This document shows, piece by piece, positions 61,001 to 64,000 of a DNA stretch of 64,000 nucleotides. The position numbers were made by a program, and so were the translations under genes. The notes below the pieces were generated by a model, which worked only from the letters and a program-made list of their open reading frames with translations, had not been told where the DNA came from and searched no databases. Positions within the stretch are counted from its first letter, which is position 1, and each line of letters begins with the position of its first letter. Source of the stretch: Schizochytrium sp. TIO01 (Eukaryota; Protista; Bigyra: Labyrinthulomycetes); NCBI GenBank assembly GCA_004764695.1, contig SMSO01000033.1, positions 1,612,001 to 1,676,000 on the forward strand, read 5' to 3'.

Positions 61001-62480
61001 ATGACTCAAGTGCATATTTATCAGACGAGTCAACCAACACGTCATTGTAACAAAACCCACCAAGATTTGTACGTTCCGTAAATTCATCCGGTTCAATGAG
61101 TGATTCAACATTGATACGGTAATTGCCATACTTGTTACTCTTTTTGGGATTGCGTGTGCCGGTGCAGCGGATGACGGCCATAATTCCTGTGTTACCGTCT
61201 GCAATGTACCATAAAACATCAAAACTACTAGTCGTTGTGACGCGCGACCAGGATGAAGTCCACGAGGGAGCGTCACTCATGTCGCCATCGCTCCATACCC
61301 ATGAGTCAAGGTCAGTGCCAGAAATGCATGCAGAGGCAGATAGATAAAAGGTTCCATTTGCAGTCGTCATATTAACTGAACGGATAACACCACGTTCACG
61401 CTGGGTGATGCTGAAGCCAAAAGTATCAGCCTCGTACATTGTAATACTTGATACGTCAGAATTTGTGTCTACTTGACAGGGAGACCCATCGTGCCAGTTT
61501 GAGCTCCAATCCTGCTTCCACTTGCAAGCTTTGCCGGTATGGTCAACGCGGTCCTTGCATGCGAACTTTGTGATGGAGCACTCTTTTTCTGTCCGTGTAT
61601 CACGCCCATCACAAAGACGCCAGGAGGTCTCTGTGCCATTAAAAGAGACACAATGAGGATCACCATAACATGTGCATTGCTTGCAGCAAGTTGATTCAGT
61701 ACCAGCTTCGACGAACCCTACAATCAAATTAAGTGTAGCATTGTATGCCTCTGGCTCGCGAAGGGCCGCACATCGTTCACTGTCTCCATTTTCAACATCC
61801 TCACAAAATGCTTCGACGAGGCCAACCGAACGACATGCTCCTGTTGAAAGATCAATAGTCTGGCAGTCATCTGTTGTGACAGTGTCTTCAAGTGGACAGC
61901 ATTGGCTAAGCTCAGGCAAGATGACAGGTGCAGACCAATTACTTACAGACGAGATCATAACGGGATCATCACCACAAAGGGGTGCCTCGCCACAGGAGCT
62001 GTCACTTTCAATGGAGTATAAATACACAGCATTGGCACCGAGACTTTCCACAATGGCATCTTCTATGGAAGTCTGCATGCTCGATGAAATTGATGATGCT
62101 CGGTCCATATTAAACACCATAAGGCCCTCAGATGCTACGTATGGCGCTGTTGTTTCCAGAGGGCTCAGGGTAGGCGCAGGCGTGGGTGGTTCTGGACCAC
62201 AATATTCAGTATCTGCGTCATAGTATGCACAATTTTCCAAGCATCGAGCCTCGCTCGTAGCAAGACTGTCACAGCTGGTACAACTCGATATGTAAGTGTC
62301 TGTCTCCAGTGTCACAATCCAAGCACAATATTCATCTGCAAGGCACGTGGATGAGCTTGTTAGGCCCGAACAATCGTCTGTGGAGGCTTGCACAATTGCG
62401 GCCAGAACAGCCACGACGCATGCCGCAACAGGTGCCACCCGTCTTGGCATCGAAGCAGACGCAAGCTTTGGCTGGCCCAT
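58081..62480 (-). CDS. Type I membrane glycoprotein (~1466 aa): signal peptide, Cys-rich/VWD-like domain, mucin-like repeats, TM; split by a 1-nt deletion at ~59191
   Basis: Signal VAACVVAVLAAIVQA; CTCYGDPHCVSFNG (VWD-like); SPT repeats; TM IIGIAVGGGVGIAALFVGTALFI followed by RRRR. ORFs 59172-62480 and 58081-59163 join if the last repeat copy is restored. Confidence 0.85.
59100..59965 (-). repeat. Coding tandem array of 54-nt (A) and 78-nt (B) units, order ABABABABABBA, 132-nt period
   Basis: The anchor CTACGAGT recurs at 59407, 59539, 59671, 59803 and 59935 (+132 each) and at 59197 (-210). Confidence 0.95.
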
Positions 62481-64000
62481 CGTGGCCAGAATCGGGCAGC
62501 GTGGCGGAAGCTTTCACGCCAGCACTAATCAAGGTTTGCTTTCCCGCAAGACTTGGAATGCGGCACTCACATTCGTTCTGCTTATTGTTGTACTTCAGTC
62601 CATTCCATACCCCATAAAGGCGGCACGTGCGATCTGCAAGCAATCAATCGTAGTAGCAGCAGTCAATTTTTTCTTTGTAGTGATTTTTTTTTTAATTAAA
62701 AAAATTGGACAAAAGATAAAAAGGATTTAGCACTAGCAATGGATATCAAGTATTAGTACTGCTCTTTTGTGCAAAAGAGCTTGAAATAAAAAATAGTTTG
62801 CGGTATGAAAAACACACATCAAGGAAAAGGACTACACGTTGATAGTATGGGAGGACTAAGTTCATACATCAAACTTTTCATTAAAACTTAGAATTATATT
62901 CAGATTTCAGTTGTAGGTAATATTTACGTTTACAACTTGGAAAGTTAAAGAAATTAGAGATTAACGGCGCGGCACTTAGGTAGATAGGTACATAACCTAC
63001 TACCTAACAGTCAGTCATTTTGCTTGATTAATGTTTCCTTTTCATGGTTGAAGTTGCTTGAACTCAAGCATGCACGTGCTCAAGTTTGATGAAGTTACGT
63101 ATTTGAAAGTCTGCATTTTAGTGAGAATGTGCTGCTTGCCACGCGGCATGACTGTCAAAGCATTGCCAGGAAGGCTGAAAGCTGCAAGCGTGACTGACCA
63201 CGATGTATTGCTTAGCTTGCACACAGATAGATATGGAAACAAGCAGAAAGCCTCATTACTACCACCACACCAATCTCACATGAACATTTTCTTCTCCAAC
63301 CATTTTAAAAGTTAAAAAATTATAATTATATATTTAAATTTATTTCAAGATTAAAATGTTTCTGGTCTCCTGATCAGTAAGGAGGCTAGGTTTGTCACAG
63401 GACCCTCGATGCTCATTTTGGAGATATACACCCGTGCGAACAAATCTGCCTCTGCATCTTCTTTGCAATTGCAGCTACTGCATATGGCCGCAATGCTTTC
63501 TCCGCCCAGCTTTTCCAAGCTGTGTTTTTGCGCGTCGTTGTGGCTGTGCACGTGCTCAAATTGAAAATGAGAAGAATCATTCGGTCCTATTGGTAGATAG
63601 ATAGTCATCTTTCTCCTTTGAGCGGTATCTCCGCAAAATAAAACAAGGCAAAACTTGAAAGTAAATTTGTAGAAAATGCAGAACAAACCTGCGAATGAAC
63701 AATCCTTACCCTATGCTGATTCCATTTTGATATAATATCTACTTGCCGCATTGCCCAAAGTAGCTCTGGAATGTGCTTGCAAGTATACTTGCTGACGTGC
63801 CGCGCCTGAGGCAGTCCAAGCGCGGCCACGAATCCGGAGAACATTTACCACGGAATGCTCTCTTTTTTTTTCTTCTTTTTTTTCCCGCTTTTTTTCTTTT
63901 TCTTCTTTTTTCAAAATATTTATAATTATAATTAAAATTAAAACGTGAAGGACATTGAAAAATAGACTACAGTTGAATAAATCGACCTTCACACCGCTGA

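Noticed and set aside
63042-63992. Short ORFs at the right edge
   Set aside because: No recognisable motifs, non-ATG starts and poly-T tracts; coding status cannot be supported.

Overview
Eukaryotic nuclear DNA that is gene-dense and almost free of introns. The gene set and style suggest a stramenopile, probably a thraustochytrid/labyrinthulomycete (inference only). Conserved genes are THOC1 (spliced, missed by the ORF track, runs off the left edge), a DCN1-like neddylation factor, a divergent SmE, RMC1/Mic1 with a PDZ-like insertion, SPT5, an FHA protein and a TPR protein. The dominant feature is 6639-37226 (-). Six overlapping ORFs there join through five single-base frame changes (+1,+1,-1,+1,+1), all at short homopolymers, into one apparently intronless ~30 kb CDS of ~10,100 aa. 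Its architecture is signal peptide, three novel ~150-aa head repeats, bacterial-adhesin-like cadherin repeats, about 60 IPT/TIG domains, GCC2/GCC3-type Cys repeats, ~10 TM helices, and a cytoplasmic tail with a CxxC..CxxC motif and three helical repeats. A second surface protein (58081-62480, -; VWD-like domain, mucin repeat array, TM) also carries a 1-nt deletion, which its own repeats demonstrate. The frameshifts are most likely assembly indels. No rRNA, tRNA, CRISPR array or intact mobile element was recognised.
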